64,000 bases of DNA from Obrimoposthia wandeli (GCA_977020255.1 CDROCS010002743.1:186001-250000), one strand, 5' to 3'; positions 36,299 through 49,158 are shown, numbered from the stretch's first letter. Notes: a model not told the origin generated them from the letters alone. Translations and numbers: made by a program.

Positions 36299-38474
36299 GT
36301 TAGCATTATTCCATAATGTTTGCTGTTTTTGTTAACAAGTTATTTCTGAAGTAAACTGATCTTGAGATAGTGTTATATATTAAATATAACTATTTTGTTA
36401 TAAAAAATACAAAAAAACTACATTTTTTACCCTTTATTCATAACAGTTGTTATTAAAAAAATTGTTGGTTCTTTTTAAGAAATCCTCCATTTTAATAATT
36501 AAATAAAGTGCATATGATATTTATATTTTATGAAAGAAAATATTTTTACTTTGATTAAATTATCTGAATATTTAAACATAGCAAAATTAAAATTTCAAAT
36601 AATACAATGCTGCTATTAAAAGATCTAATATCGAGAAAAATTAAAATATATGTCTTATATAAAATAATTTATAAATGTTTCCTTTTCTTAATATGATTTT
36701 TAAAATTAAAACCTTTGGGAATTCTAAAAAAGTACCTTTTTATATAACAAGTTTATTAAAACTTTTTCACCTGAAGTATGACTATTCTAATAATTGTCCC
36801 AAAATTTTATTTGCACTTGATTTTTAAAAATGTAATTCAGACGTTTCTTAGAACAAATTTTTGCTTCATATTGCTCTCTTACAACTGAAGAATAAGATTA
36901 AACCAAGTAACAGATCACACAATAAATATATTTTACTATTTTGAATTTAGTTACGAAATTTTTAAATAATAGAAAAATATGAAAATTTGAAAACGAGGTA
37001 TTACTTGGCCTAGAAATGAAAGAGAAAAAAATAATGAAATATTATGTGGATATTTAAATAAAAAACATTATAAAAAGTGTATAAATTTACAAAAGGGATT
37101 CTTTCGTTTGATAAAATATGTCAATTATATGAGTAATTTTCTGTTCTTATGAAAACTGGTCAAAATTAATCAAATAAATTTATATTTTGATTTACATTTA
37201 TGAATAATTACATTCTGTTCACAAAACTTGTCAAGAATTTTTTATTTATTTTGACATAAAGACATTATATAGTGAAGCTCTGCAAAATGAAAGTACTTTT
37301 AGTTATCTCCGAAACGTTACAACAAAAAATTCAAATTTTCAAATAACAAGACGTGCATTATTTATATAAATGTAACAAGAAAAATCAAATATTAATCTTA
37401 TTTGTTAAAATATTTCAAAATATATTCATATTGTTGGAGTTTTCTTTTAAACTTAGATCCTCGTACAGAGGCCCTTACCGTGAGTTCTGTAGCGATATGG
37501 CTTATATATGGATGTGGTCTACCTATTCTAGTCTTCGAAGGTTTTTGTCATGTGTTAATGAGTTTTGTACAAGATAACTTAAAATTCCTTAAAACTATTG
37601 TAGTGTTATGTGGTGCTGAACAATAAACCGGTTAAGCCGAATGTTAATTTAATTCAAAAATAGTTTGGCAAAACCACTACCAGAAATAGGCAAAATTAAG
37701 CTGGACTTAATCGGTGCTGACAGTAACCTTCTGAATATATTCACGGATTAATTATTGGCCTCAAAATGTAGTTAAATTACTTTAAATTAACGTTGGCTCA
37801 AAGGGTGGAATGATACTAAGACAGTGTTATTAAAAGTCTTAAATTATACGATTTAACACCTATAAAATGATTACAAATTAATTCGTACGTGGCGACGCTC
37901 TATACGTTTAACAATGAACAATGAGATTCTATATTCTCCAACAATTGTAGAAATAATTTATTTTAGAGTTATTTAACTATTTTAATAACACTTTGAATAT
38001 TTAGTGTTTTATATGTTAACATTTTTCGTGGCGATTATTCTTCGTGCGAATTTTCACTGACTATTTTTATGGTTTGTGTAATATCTATGTACTTCTTGAT
38101 TTTACAGTTTCTGCTTCTGATATCGGTTCCTTCAAATGCTATTTTTACAAGGGCATTTTTAAAAAATTTCTTCTCATATATACATATTTTTAATGATCTT
38201 TTCAAGGTCTTAATTTATTACTTAATTTTCGTTTTTTTAAAAAAGAAATTTTAATTTAATTTAATTTTGATTTAATTATTTTATAACCTTCAATTTAGAA
38301 GGTTATTTATTACTATAAATACTGTTGTTATTTATTTAACATCATTTTTCCTAATCTAACAATTTAAACGAAAATATAACTTTAAAACTTAATTTTTAAT
38401 TTAAAGGAAATAAAAAGATAATTTCAGATAATTTCTACAAGGAAAAACACGATAACTGTTATTAAATCATGCAG

Positions 38475-38560
38475 AGGACAACGACATTCTCGAAGAGCTT
38501 GATCTCAGCTGGAATCAGATTCGTATGAGCACTGCCGCAGGAATTGCGAAGGGTCTTCGA
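38475..38560 (+). CDS. LRRC74-like exon 6
   Basis: cag|AG...CGA|gtatgt, 86 nt. (E)DNDILEELDLSWNQIRMSTAAGIAKGLR; LDLSWN is typical of LRRC74. Confidence 0.92.
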
Positions 38561-39091
38561 GTATGTTTTTGACAGGTTTAGAGCAAAGTACGAGTACTAA
38601 ATTCAAATTGCGTTAATTCAAACTTTCAAATAAAATTCGTAAACTTGAACTTGACAAATGTAATGAAATCAAGTATAGTCACATTCTAAAGATGTTCCAA
38701 AACTGACTCTTACAACTATTGACAATCTTACTTTTTCTATTTAGTTACCTTATTTTGAATATTCCTAATAAAACACATTTTTAAAATTATTCATAAATAT
38801 AATTTCTAAATAAACTAATAATTTGAATATTTACAATTTATTTTCTCCTTCCTTTTCGAATGTGTGCAAATGTTACAGATGTTTTCTAGACAATTTAAAT
38901 CTGCAAATGCACTTTTTGGACCCTGAGGGATAATTTACACTTGGGATAATTTAATTGCATAATACAGTAGTGAAATGAATAATTTTAGATTATTCTGCGA
39001 TACAGAAGGAAAAATTATGAGTAATAATTATTTTAAGAACACATAATAAAACGTCTTATAATCACCGATTTCCCAAATATATTAATATGTC

Positions 39092-39265
39092 AGTAGGTGG
39101 ATGTGTCCGGTCTAATCCACACCCCCTTGTCCTTTAAAACCGTGCATGTGTGTGGAGTGAAATTTCACTCCACACACCTACACGAAATTTCACTCCACAC
39201 ACATGCACGGTTTTAAAGGACAAGGGAGGAGGGAGTGTGGATTAGACCGGACACATCCATCTACT
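39092..39265. mobile_element. 174-bp fold-back element with AGTAG...CTACT termini and 6-bp TSD (Polinton-type MITE)
   Basis: Arms of ~75-80 bp are near-perfect reverse complements. TSD TATGTC at 39086-39091 and 39266-39271. Contains internal perfect palindrome GTGTGTGGAGTGAAATTTCACTCCACACAC. Confidence 0.85.
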
Positions 39266-40569
39266 TATGTCATATCCAAATACTGGTTCCAGATTTGGAG
39301 ACAATAACATCAACCAATGTTGCTTGATACTAAATAAAGAGAGAAACAAAGAAAAAATTAAGTAGTCGGGAGATTTAACTTGTTTTGCAGAAAAATTACG
39401 TCTCAATCGTATCCACTTCACCGTTGTTGCTATTCACAGAATTTCCACCCACTATAATTAGCTTGTGGTTCTTGTGGCAGAAGAAATTATCTATAATGTG
39501 GGGAGACTTCTGTAATTGTCAAAATACGTTTATTCCATTAACTCATTAAGTGTCACGCGTAAAAATTTCTAAAATGACTATTCCTTAAAAGTTTGAACAT
39601 TTCTATTTCAGAAAAAAAAAATATATATATATATATATATAAAAGTATATACAAATAACAATCAATAAAAATATTTGTTTACAAAAATTTTCTTCTATAT
39701 TGCTTATGTTCTCTAACTATATGTGTTTTGTGGATATTAGGCGACACTTTTCATTATTCCCGTAGATAATGTAATTTATCCGGGACGTCCCAGAAAAAAT
39801 TCGACCGGAACCCGCAGAGGTAAAAAAGAGGCTGCAGCCTATCGAGAAAATTTTGATTTTCCTGACAAGTCTAAAATAATTCTAAAATGAACATGCAATA
39901 AAAATATTCTTGCATGCATCCAAATTTAATTTAGAAAGTAGTAAGTAAAAACAATTTGCTTCAAGCAGTTCCGTTAGCTTAGTCAAAATCGTACTATTCA
40001 TTATGCATGGGTTCAAACCTGCCATGGACAGACTTATTTTCCTGTTTAATTAAAGTGACTTAAGGATATTTATGGATGACGGATAAAGCCTGGTTTCTGA
40101 TCCCGCTTGAGCTGTCATATCCTCAACAAATCACTTTATGAGAGTCCATTTATCAAATCCGGAATGTCCTAAGCATACCCCATCCACCACAACTTTATAT
40201 TTTCAACAAGTTCAATCCTTGATCATAATATGAGTAGCAGTAAGTAAAAATAATTTAATAATTTCTCAGAATTTACTATTTTAAAAAATATTATGATAGA
40301 GTTGTCTGATAAGAGAATATAAACCTTACCGCAATACCCAATCAGAGTTCTTGAAGCTTGTGAGGTTGAATATATTGCGTTGTTTGATATGTTTGACGAG
40401 TATGTTTGTATGCCTGTAAATTATATTTGTATTTCTTATGCTCACTCGAGAATGCTGCTACTCCTCATATAATACTTTATAATCAAGGAATATTCTAGAT
40501 ACAAAATGAAGGTATTTGTTTTTGTTTTAATATTCTGGTTTTTGAATATAATTTTGAATAAAAATTAAT

Positions 40570-40900
40570 GAACAAAGTTTTGGGAGATTTGAACTGGAAA
40601 ATTGCCACGGTGTATTTGGACGATATTCTTATTTTCTCTAAAAATTTAAATGAACATTATGAGAACATTGAAAAGGTTTTCAAGAAAATTAGTGAAACAG
40701 GATTAAAAATAAGTCCAAAGAAATGTAATTTTTGAAGAAAGAAGTAAAATTTTTAGGCCAAATAATAAATCAAAATGGAGTAAAGACGGATGGACTCCAA
40801 AATGTGTGTAAAAGCTTCGAAGCTTTTTAGGACTCTTAGTTTTAGGAAAATTATTGAGGATTATACAAAATATTCAAAAGTATTAGAAAGTTTATGTAGC
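40570..40900 (+). mobile_element. Ty3/Gypsy RT fragment
   Basis: LGDLNWKIATVYLDDILIFSKNLNEHYENIEKVF...GLKISPKKCNF*RKEVKFLG. Confidence 0.85.
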
Positions 40901-41599
40901 AGTAAGTTAAATATATTTTATATATATCGTCGATATATAAATATTAAGTAGAATATTAGTAACTGAGTTATCTGAAAATGTGGAAATTGTGAGAAAACCT
41001 TTCAAAGGTTTTGGACCTTTGAAGGTCAAAGATTTAAACCCATGCTTTACAAGTCAATACAACCTTCTGATCGAGGTACAGATAAACTATAGTACGTTTA
41101 AAAATATGTTACTAAAAATAGAAGACAAATACCTAGATTATGAGTCATCGATAACGTCATCGAGTTCGAGATCAAACAATAAGGAGTCACAATAGAGGTT
41201 CCATTTTTGTGCCAGAAGTGTCACATCCTTCTACTAATACAGTTTTGTAAAATAAAATGACACAATAAAAGAAATGTAGATAAAAGTTATGCATTCTAGG
41301 TGAAGTAACTGAGAACGAAATCACTTCGTCTAGTCAATACGAGAACTAACAATTACCCACCACGAATTTCCAAACTTCACAATGTCAGTTTAGGACAACT
41401 TATATTAATCTTTCTGTTTTGACAAGAAAATCTAAGGTTTAAACCGGAGATTTTTGTCTTTTAGCACAAACACCTCAGGCAACTAAGAAATAAATTTTAC
41501 ATGTTCTGAGTCCAAATATGATGACTTAACTGTATTGGATACAACTTTAAAAGTAAATCGAGAAGGGATAGAAATTATTGAAGGGATATTGTATTGTAG

Positions 41600-41899
41600 A
41601 AGAACACTTCCCTACGGGAGCTGCGGCTTGCCTGGAACGGTCTTGGTGACTCTGGAGCAGTGGATATGGGGGACAGTCTGCGTGAGAACGAGAGTCTGGG
41701 TCTTTTGGACCTGGCCTTCAACAGGATCGCGGACAAAGGACTAGCAGGTCTGATGGGAGGTCTGGCAGGCTCTGTGGTGCACACTCTTGTGCTTGGGGGC
41801 AACTTCGTGAGGCAATCCGCTGTCGAGGCTGTCCTCCATGAGCTGGCAGATCCCGCCAGTTCTCTGGCTACCTGCAAGCTCACAACCATTGACCTCAAG
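41600..41899 (+). CDS. LRRC74-like exon 7
   Basis: tag|AAG...AAG|gtgcac, 300 nt. KNTSLRELRLAWNGLGDSGAVDMGDSLRENESLGLLDLAFNRIADKG. Confidence 0.93.
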
Positions 41900-42016
41900 G
41901 TGCACAGAATGGGTTTCAAATTTTGCTTAACTTTTGTTCATAAACCAACTCGTGTTTAAATAAAAACTAGAGCTAAATTTAACGTATTGACATTATTATT
42001 ATCGGGCTATTTACAG

Positions 42017-42274
42017 AGCAGCATATTCCGACCAAGCATTGAAGAAGTGGCTGCAAAAACACGCAAGACGCGCCCAGAATTCCGCTGCCTACATGGCTAT
42101 GAGTCACAGTATGGCGAAAGACCCCTTCGCGCCTACAATATGGTCTCGGAGGCTTTGCAGACAGTCCAGAATCACATCCTGCAGTCTGGCATCACACTTG
42201 CAGAGCTATTCGAGACTCTAGACGACAACGGAGCCCCAAGTGTCTCCTATGAGGTTTTCCGAGCTGGCTTGAAG
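42017..42274 (+). CDS. LRRC74-like exon 8 (EF-hand-like helix pair 1)
   Basis: cag|AGC...AAG|gtatta, 258 nt. LAELFETLDDNGAPSVSYEVFRAGLK. Confidence 0.9.
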
Positions 42275-42970
42275 GTATTAGTTACTATTTGCATTGTGGA
42301 CATAGAATTTTTGAGTTTCTGGATAACCACATTACTATTATCTTATTTTGAAATAATAACGAATAAAAGAATGAGTCAATGTAAAGCTATTTAATGGCAC
42401 TAATTTTTTAATTCATACATAAAATTCAGTAAATATTACAAAATAAGTTGTCATTTTTCTGTTCCATTTATTAACAGACACAAAAGCCACATGTTAAATC
42501 CTTCCTTGTCGAAATATTATTTAAACAACAAAAATTGCAAAATTTCTTAAAAGCTTTCTTAGGTTTTAATAAAATAAATAGAAACTGATATAAAAATCCA
42601 ATTTCCAAACTTAATTCAGAAAAATATCTTTATTTGATTTACTTGATTAGGATTTTGAAGCATTTGACACATTTCTGTTTCAGTTTTGTTCAAAAAATCT
42701 TAAAAATCATTTAATTCAGATATATTTTATACTAAAAATGATTTTATATACGTTATTTTTTTTAATTTTTAAGAGTCCATTTATCAGAGGATTTCGTAAT
42801 AAAATGTTCTTAAAATAGAAAACTATTATTGATTTACTAGCATGTAATGAATTTTTATCTCGTACTGTCAATTATCAGTAATATCAGATCGAACATTTAA
42901 AAATTGTTTATTGATCATTTATTTTCTAAAAAAATCGACCCGGTTAACGACAGATTCATCCATTCTTCAG

Positions 42971-43056
42971 GGCGCAAGGATCCCAATATCGGACACACAG
43001 ATCGATCAGCTGATCCAGTATCTGGATTCAGATGGTGATGGAGAGATCGATTTCAG
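42971..43056 (+). CDS. LRRC74-like exon 9 (EF-hand 2)
   Basis: cag|GGC...TTC AG|gttagt, 86 nt. IDQLIQYLDSDGDGEIDF is a canonical EF-hand loop. Confidence 0.92.
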
Positions 43057-43621
43057 GTTAGTATGATCAGAAGTACACTCTGGATCCTTTTCTTGTCATT
43101 TCTCAAGCTTTCAACTATTCCTATTGTTAAATTGCTAAAATATATTAAATGTATAATAATTATTTAACAAACAAAAAACATAATTAGTGAAAAATCTTTA
43201 TTAGAAACTAAATTTTATATTATTCAGTCGTATAAAATAGAATATTGCCTAAATTTAATAAAATAAATACATGAATATTGATTTTTTGCAAAAATATCAT
43301 ACGTCCTCTTTTCCAGCCAAGATCCAACCTGGATTCAATGTATTTCGTTTTTCTCGGAGGAGTAATTTAGGATTTAAATAAAAGCTATCCATACGGGTAC
43401 TTATAGCTATTCAACAAAATAACTTCTAAACTTTTAGAAATATTACAATCAGAAGATGACAAAAGCAGGAATTTGGATATTTCTGCAACAAAAAACCAAA
43501 ATTATAAAAACCTATATGAGTCGAAAGTTTGTATAATGTGACCGAAAATGTTGGTTATGTCGTCCTTCAGTTTAAATATTTCCGAAAGTTCGAATTCTTT
43601 TTGGTTGATACTTTATATATA

Positions 43622-44359
43622 CACCTAATTCTTTTTTTACACGGTAAATACGTTCCATAGAAAACCGAGTAAAAAACGTGTAAAAAAGACATACTATATA
43701 ATAAAATAGAGGATAAGTTCCATAACTTCCAAAAAATATCGTGCAAAACGAAAGAAATATCTATAAACCTTGAAAATATCAGTTTTTAATTCTAAATGGA
43801 ATATAAAATTAATATAAATTAAATATTTTATTTAAAACAAAACTCTGGTTTAAATAACCGAAAGAGGTATGCAATTAAATTACTTAAAAATTCATTGAAT
43901 AGTTTTATTGCCATACAATTACTTTCTTTCAGAATATTCTATGTATTCTCCAATATCAATACAAAAAGCAAAAACAATTATATAAAAGGCGTTCCGTTTA
44001 AATATTATTTAATTTTTTTTTAAATAGGTCAATTATAGGCGTATACTATGAAACAAAACAGTTATCTAATTAATATTGCAGCTCATTCATAAATAAATTT
44101 CATCATAAAATGTTTTCATAATTACATGCTTCTTAGAATCCTTCTAAGATAATTGTAAGAAAACAAAGATAGTTGTGTGTGTATTTTTACCTCTAGTTTC
44201 AATTTAACTAAAACGATTTACGCAGGTATTTGTAGATGATCTTTGCTAAAATGATTGAACGAATGTAAAAAAAACGTGTAAAAAAGAAAAAAAAGTGCAA
44301 TAAAAATTTCTCTTTTGTGAACCGTTTATTTCAAAACCGTGTAAAAAGAGAATTGGGTG
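43622..44359. mobile_element. Non-autonomous pogo/Tc1-type element (738 bp)
   Basis: TA|CACCTAATTCTTTTTTTACACGG ... CCGTGTAAAAAGAGAATTGGGTG|TA: ~23-bp TIRs and TA duplication. Confidence 0.8.
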
Positions 44360-45092
44360 TATTGTCAAAACCTCCAAAACTAATTGGCCTCCAAATTTGA
44401 AGTGCGTAAGTTGTGTGGCAGTGCGAATGGAAAATTGAATTTTATTGGAATTCAGTTTAAATATGTCAGATAGATTTTAATTTAATCATATGACACTTTG
44501 TTTTCGAATTTATTTTTCATTTGGTAAATTTAATTTTGTGGAATTCTATATATTTTAATTCTAATCCTATCTGAATCCCGCTTGAAAACCGGTGAAATTT
44601 TTTAAAATGTAATTCCATTTAACGTTACAGATTGAAGAACGATACATTTTTGTAACTAGTAATTCACAATTAAACATTTTCATCGGTCATAAATAAGATT
44701 CAACAGAATAGAATAATTAATTTTGTAATGAATTCAATGCATTCACTCGATTATAACTTGTTAGAAAAGTATATATCAGATTTAATATCATGACATACTT
44801 TTACAAACTTTATAAAGATTTGTAATATTTAGATTTTTTATAAAAACGGATATTCAAAACACTACTTATTATTCAATAATTTGCTTATAAATAAATTGTG
44901 TGCAATAAACTGAAAGCTTACAAAACATTATCGAATTAAAAGCTATCCAAACAGAAATGACTTACTAAACTTGCGTATATTATTATCTTGTAAAAACCTT
45001 TTTACTAATAGTTCTGTGCTAATCTGAAGGACTTTCTTGCTATTTATGGCCATCGTGGTCAAATCAGATAATCTTTATTCAAGAAGGTGTGA

Positions 45093-45569
45093 CATAAAAC
45101 GGCCTCACATGATCCAACTGGTGAAACACATTTCAAATTTAACAGCATCATAAGGATTGTCCTGTGCTTCTGGCAAACTCAAACAAGACAAGTCTGGGCT
45201 CCGGATGCCACCACCACCTCGGTAGCAGTTGTACAAACTCAGCCTAGAAAATTAGTGGTCTTGGCGTTGAGGATTCCGGAAGGCAACATCTATATCCAAG
45301 AAGCTAAAGCTCTCCTTTGCGTAATTTGGCTAGCACAGCCTAGAGATCTCCTCCTTTGCGATAAACAAGGTTTAGTTTGGACCACCAGATTAAAAAGAAT
45401 CCCTGCCAGAATCACAAATTGGTGGATCAATATCTTCCTCCGAGTACTAGTTACGACAAAACGGCTAGAAATTCAATATGTTCAAATATACAAGAAATCA
45501 GCGGACCTGCTTCAAGGGATGAAGAGATTCTGGAAGACGGAAATTGGACAGAAAATTTTCTACAGCTAA
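45093..45569 (+). mobile_element. Retroelement RNase H relic (DAT-type; DIRS/Ngaro- or hepadna-like)
   Basis: Open frame gives QVWAPDATTTSVAVV...NIYIQEAKALL...LLLCDKQGLV...LEIQYVQIYKKSADLL, with D/E/D/D spacing of RNase H. Confidence 0.65.
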
Positions 45570-47218
45570 CCCAACAATAGTTTTGTGTTCACACCACTGG
45601 CTGCATTTTTATGTTGTATGGGGTATTTTTTTTATTGCTCTTGCACTCTTTTCCGGGTCAGTCACATCACACTTTACGCCTACGACTGTATATTACAGGC
45701 GTGATGTGATTGGCTCGGTTTTTATATATTAGCATTGGACTAAATACAGTCGTTGCCACTTTTGTTCGTCTAAATTTATCTAAGCTCCTTCTATCATATT
45801 TTAATATTTAAACATCTAAAAAATCTAAAATGCAGCTCTTCCAAAAAAACAATCCAAAATTAGAATGCCAATTATCTGCCTAATAAGTCCATTAATAAAG
45901 ATAATAAAGATAATATTATATCAAGATATTTACATGGTAAACTTAAAACCATTATGCGCACGATGTTGCTTAAAAAGAGATCATCAGGAAACTTTAATTA
46001 GATCAATCTGTATCTTTAAAATATGTAAAATAAAACTAATATTAGTAAACTTTAATATATGAAAAGGCTTGCATATTTACGAAAATAAATTTTAAACAGA
46101 TTTAGGAAAAATACATCTTCTAATTTTCTTTAAACATGTATTTACATTTTAAAACAACTATAATAATAACAATAAAGAGTAAAATTTATTTTTACTTTTA
46201 TATTTAAACACAAAAAAGGTTGACAAATTAGTTTCTCGCAAAATAAAAAGGGGTTGAATTCCGTTACCCTCTACCTAAATCTGCATATGTAATGTTATGA
46301 ATATATATTCCGTGTGATCAAAAAGCAGACTTATAAAGAAAACATGTATAACTTATTAAATCAAATAAAAATAGTTTTAAAGTTTCATTTTATATTATAT
46401 AATTTATTTTCATATATTACACTTAGTAACAAATAATAAATTTATATTTTCCCTTTAACGAAATAGCTTATTTCTAGACTAAATCTGTTAGTTTATTGAG
46501 AAAATTTCAGGATTTCGAGATATCGACTTGATCAGAAAACAGAGATTTATACACAAAACAAAAACTTGACATATATATGAAACACTAACTTTTGTAATAA
46601 CAATTAAGTATAAACAAAAATAGGTTTCGAAAACATGCAATGCTTGTATTAGTTTCTATTAGATTCCATTGTTGCTAATGTGATTCAAGTAGATGTTTCA
46701 AAAATAGTAAGATTCAAATATCTTACATAGACATTTAACATCAGAAAAGGAAGAGGCATAAAATAAAAAGAGAAAGATTAACTAATGTGTGATAGTAAGG
46801 ATTAATGTATTTGTACGAATGAGCAAACCAAAAACAGTCAATATTTGTGATAGTTCCCCATCTGGACGCTTTATTAGATGCTTGCCTGCATATATCCATT
46901 GTCACGATCGTTTACTGTAGTCTGCAACAGTCTGGATACCGAATAGGGATTTAATCGATCAATTACTATGAACCGAAGCAGTCCATTGAGATGGTGCTGG
47001 TGAACACCTACCAGTCAAGAAGTCTCACCTTAATCTCGATAACTATCGGTTGATACCTCACATTTATTCTCGAAAGCCTAATAAATATTATTACCAGTTG
47101 TAAGTCATTATAATCATTTAAAATCAAATGTAATAAGCAATTACATAATACACACACGAAAGTCTGCTAGAAGTACGTGTTTATTGTCAAAATTTATCCC
47201 AAACTTCCAACTATGTAG

Positions 47219-47363
47219 TGAACTTGTGATTGGCACTGAGAAAACTGTGGATTCCGACCCCCAACCTCGAGTATCATCAACTTCTCAATCTCCATTATTC
47301 CAGGCTGTGAATAATGCTCCAAGTGATCAGATTCAATCAACCACAGACATCGCAGCTCAATGA
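47219..47363 (+). CDS. LRRC74-like terminal exon 10
   Basis: tag|T GAA CTT GTG ATT GGC completes the EF-hand as DSDGDGEIDF(S)ELVIG. Phase 2 matches exon 9. Ends ...DIAAQ* at TGA 47361-47363. Confidence 0.82.
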
Positions 47364-48539
47364 CAAGCATTAAAATGGGTTTAAAGCGATCCCTAATTGT
47401 CATCAAACATCCATCTTTACACTAACCTTACATGCTCGAGCAAACAATTTTCATGCAAAACATATTTTATGTTTGCTTCCCACTTCAACATTTTCTTTCT
47501 TTTTAATTTTGCTCGAAGAAAAATAATTATCTTGCTTTTTGTTTTATCGTCATTTCAATTATTAAATAAATGTCTCTAATATGTGCAGCGTTAATTATTC
47601 GTCTTCTGATTACTTTCTCTTATTTCCTGGTTCATTTGAGTGATTCTATGAGCTTCACTAATGCGCTCTGGTTCATTTGTATTTTATCTTTGATTTCTCT
47701 TCTTATTTCGCTTTCAGGAACTATTTCCGGATTACATAGAAAATCATAACTTCGAAATATTAAATTTCACTTTTTCTTCACGAAAGATTGGATTATTTTT
47801 GTTATTGTAAAGAAAAAAAAAATTAGGATAGCTGAAAATATTTTTTGAACAAAGAAGAATAAATTATTTTTACCCTTATTCAGTATAATAATGATATTTC
47901 ATTTGATCTTTTTCATTTATTATCCAGAAAAATTATGTGACTTTTACTGTTATGAAAAAGTGAAATTTAACTTTCGATGTTTGGTGTAATAAGATGGAAG
48001 ATTTCATAAAATTTAATGTTATAATGTTAATATTTACTTTAAATTTATATTTTACTGGATTATATCATTATCATTATATCATTTAGCCTTATTTTAAAAT
48101 ATTTTTGATATAGTTAATCTTGCTCTTAATACATTCATTACATTTTTTAATGAAAAGAAACATTTAATTCATTAATTGTTTAGTACTTTAAAAATATTAT
48201 TGTTGATAAATGATTATTGTTGATTATCAATTGTGCTTTAAAGTATAATGCTGAATCACAATAATTCAAATTTGATTAGTTCTTGTGTGCGCAGTGATGA
48301 GTTTGTATCGGCCTATTGGTATGTGTTTGTGTATAGATTAGTTTAGCGGTATATGCTAAAGTAAAGAATAAAAAAGACATGTTAGACTTAATATTTTGTC
48401 ACATATAATGTAATTTATTATATGTGACCTTTAAATTTTTTAGAAAATGATTGCATATTAATTTAGATATTTATGGCTAAGAAATCTATATTTACCATAA
48501 AGTAATTTTGTAAATTATTATTTCTATTTATAAAATTAT

Positions 48540-48830
48540 TAACGAAGCGCAAGAGTCTAATAATATCAGACGTACTGCAAGAAAATATCAAATGGATCCA
48601 AGGAATATTAGAAGATGGTTAAAACACAAATAGATTCTTACAGCTATGTAACCATTAATAAGAGCCAGAAGATTCCAAAAAGAGTACTATACATAACTAA
48701 ACTTGGACTTACAGAAATGGATAAAATATCAATGCAAGGATGGAAAACGAGCCACCGCAGTTTTTAGATGAATTAAAACTAAATAAGTAATAAAACTATG
48801 CAATTTTAAAGCAACTTGCTACTGGTGTAT
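48540..48830 (+). mobile_element. pogo-like transposase N-terminal relic (HTH-psq and CENP-B HTH)
   Basis: NNIRRTARKYQMDPRNIRRWLK...LQKWIKYQCKDG...NFKATCYW resembles FKASxGW. Confidence 0.65.
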
Positions 48831-49158
48831 ATAAACTACAGAAAAAGATTAAATAATAAAGGCTTAATATGGCACAAATTCACGATTTCTACATAAAAAG
48901 AAAATTTGTTGAATTCTGCATTGTCACTATTGATTACGAGATGAAAACGGTGGACGAGACAGATGTATTACAATCATATGAGGCGTGTGGATATGTCTGG
49001 GCAATCGCGGATGACGGCGAGAATGAGGACAACGACGAGGACACGGCAGAAGAACATTAGAAGAAGAAGAAGCTGAGACGGTCTTACAAAAATAGATGCA
49101 GACATTGACGAGAGCGAGAGCTAGCAAGTGGTGGTGGTTGTCGGTGGTATAGACGGGC

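Noticed and set aside
27093-38254. Many 60-90 aa ORFs rich in I/K/F/N/L in introns
   Set aside because: Expected by chance in very AT-rich DNA when alternative start codons are allowed; no splice or homology support.
41575-42221. Alternative-frame or antisense ORFs over LRR exons 7-8
   Set aside because: Shadows of the true LRR reading frame with no recognisable motifs.
45030-45090. Candidate LRR terminal exon after ...TCTGAAG
   Set aside because: The translation does not continue the EF-hand, and the sequence is contiguous with the RNase H relic.
48869-49060. Acidic 63-aa ORF as the last LRR exon or a separate gene
   Set aside because: It does not complete the EF-hand in phase (47219 does). 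It is antisense to the PCSK2 3' UTR and may be a pogo tail or a chance ORF.
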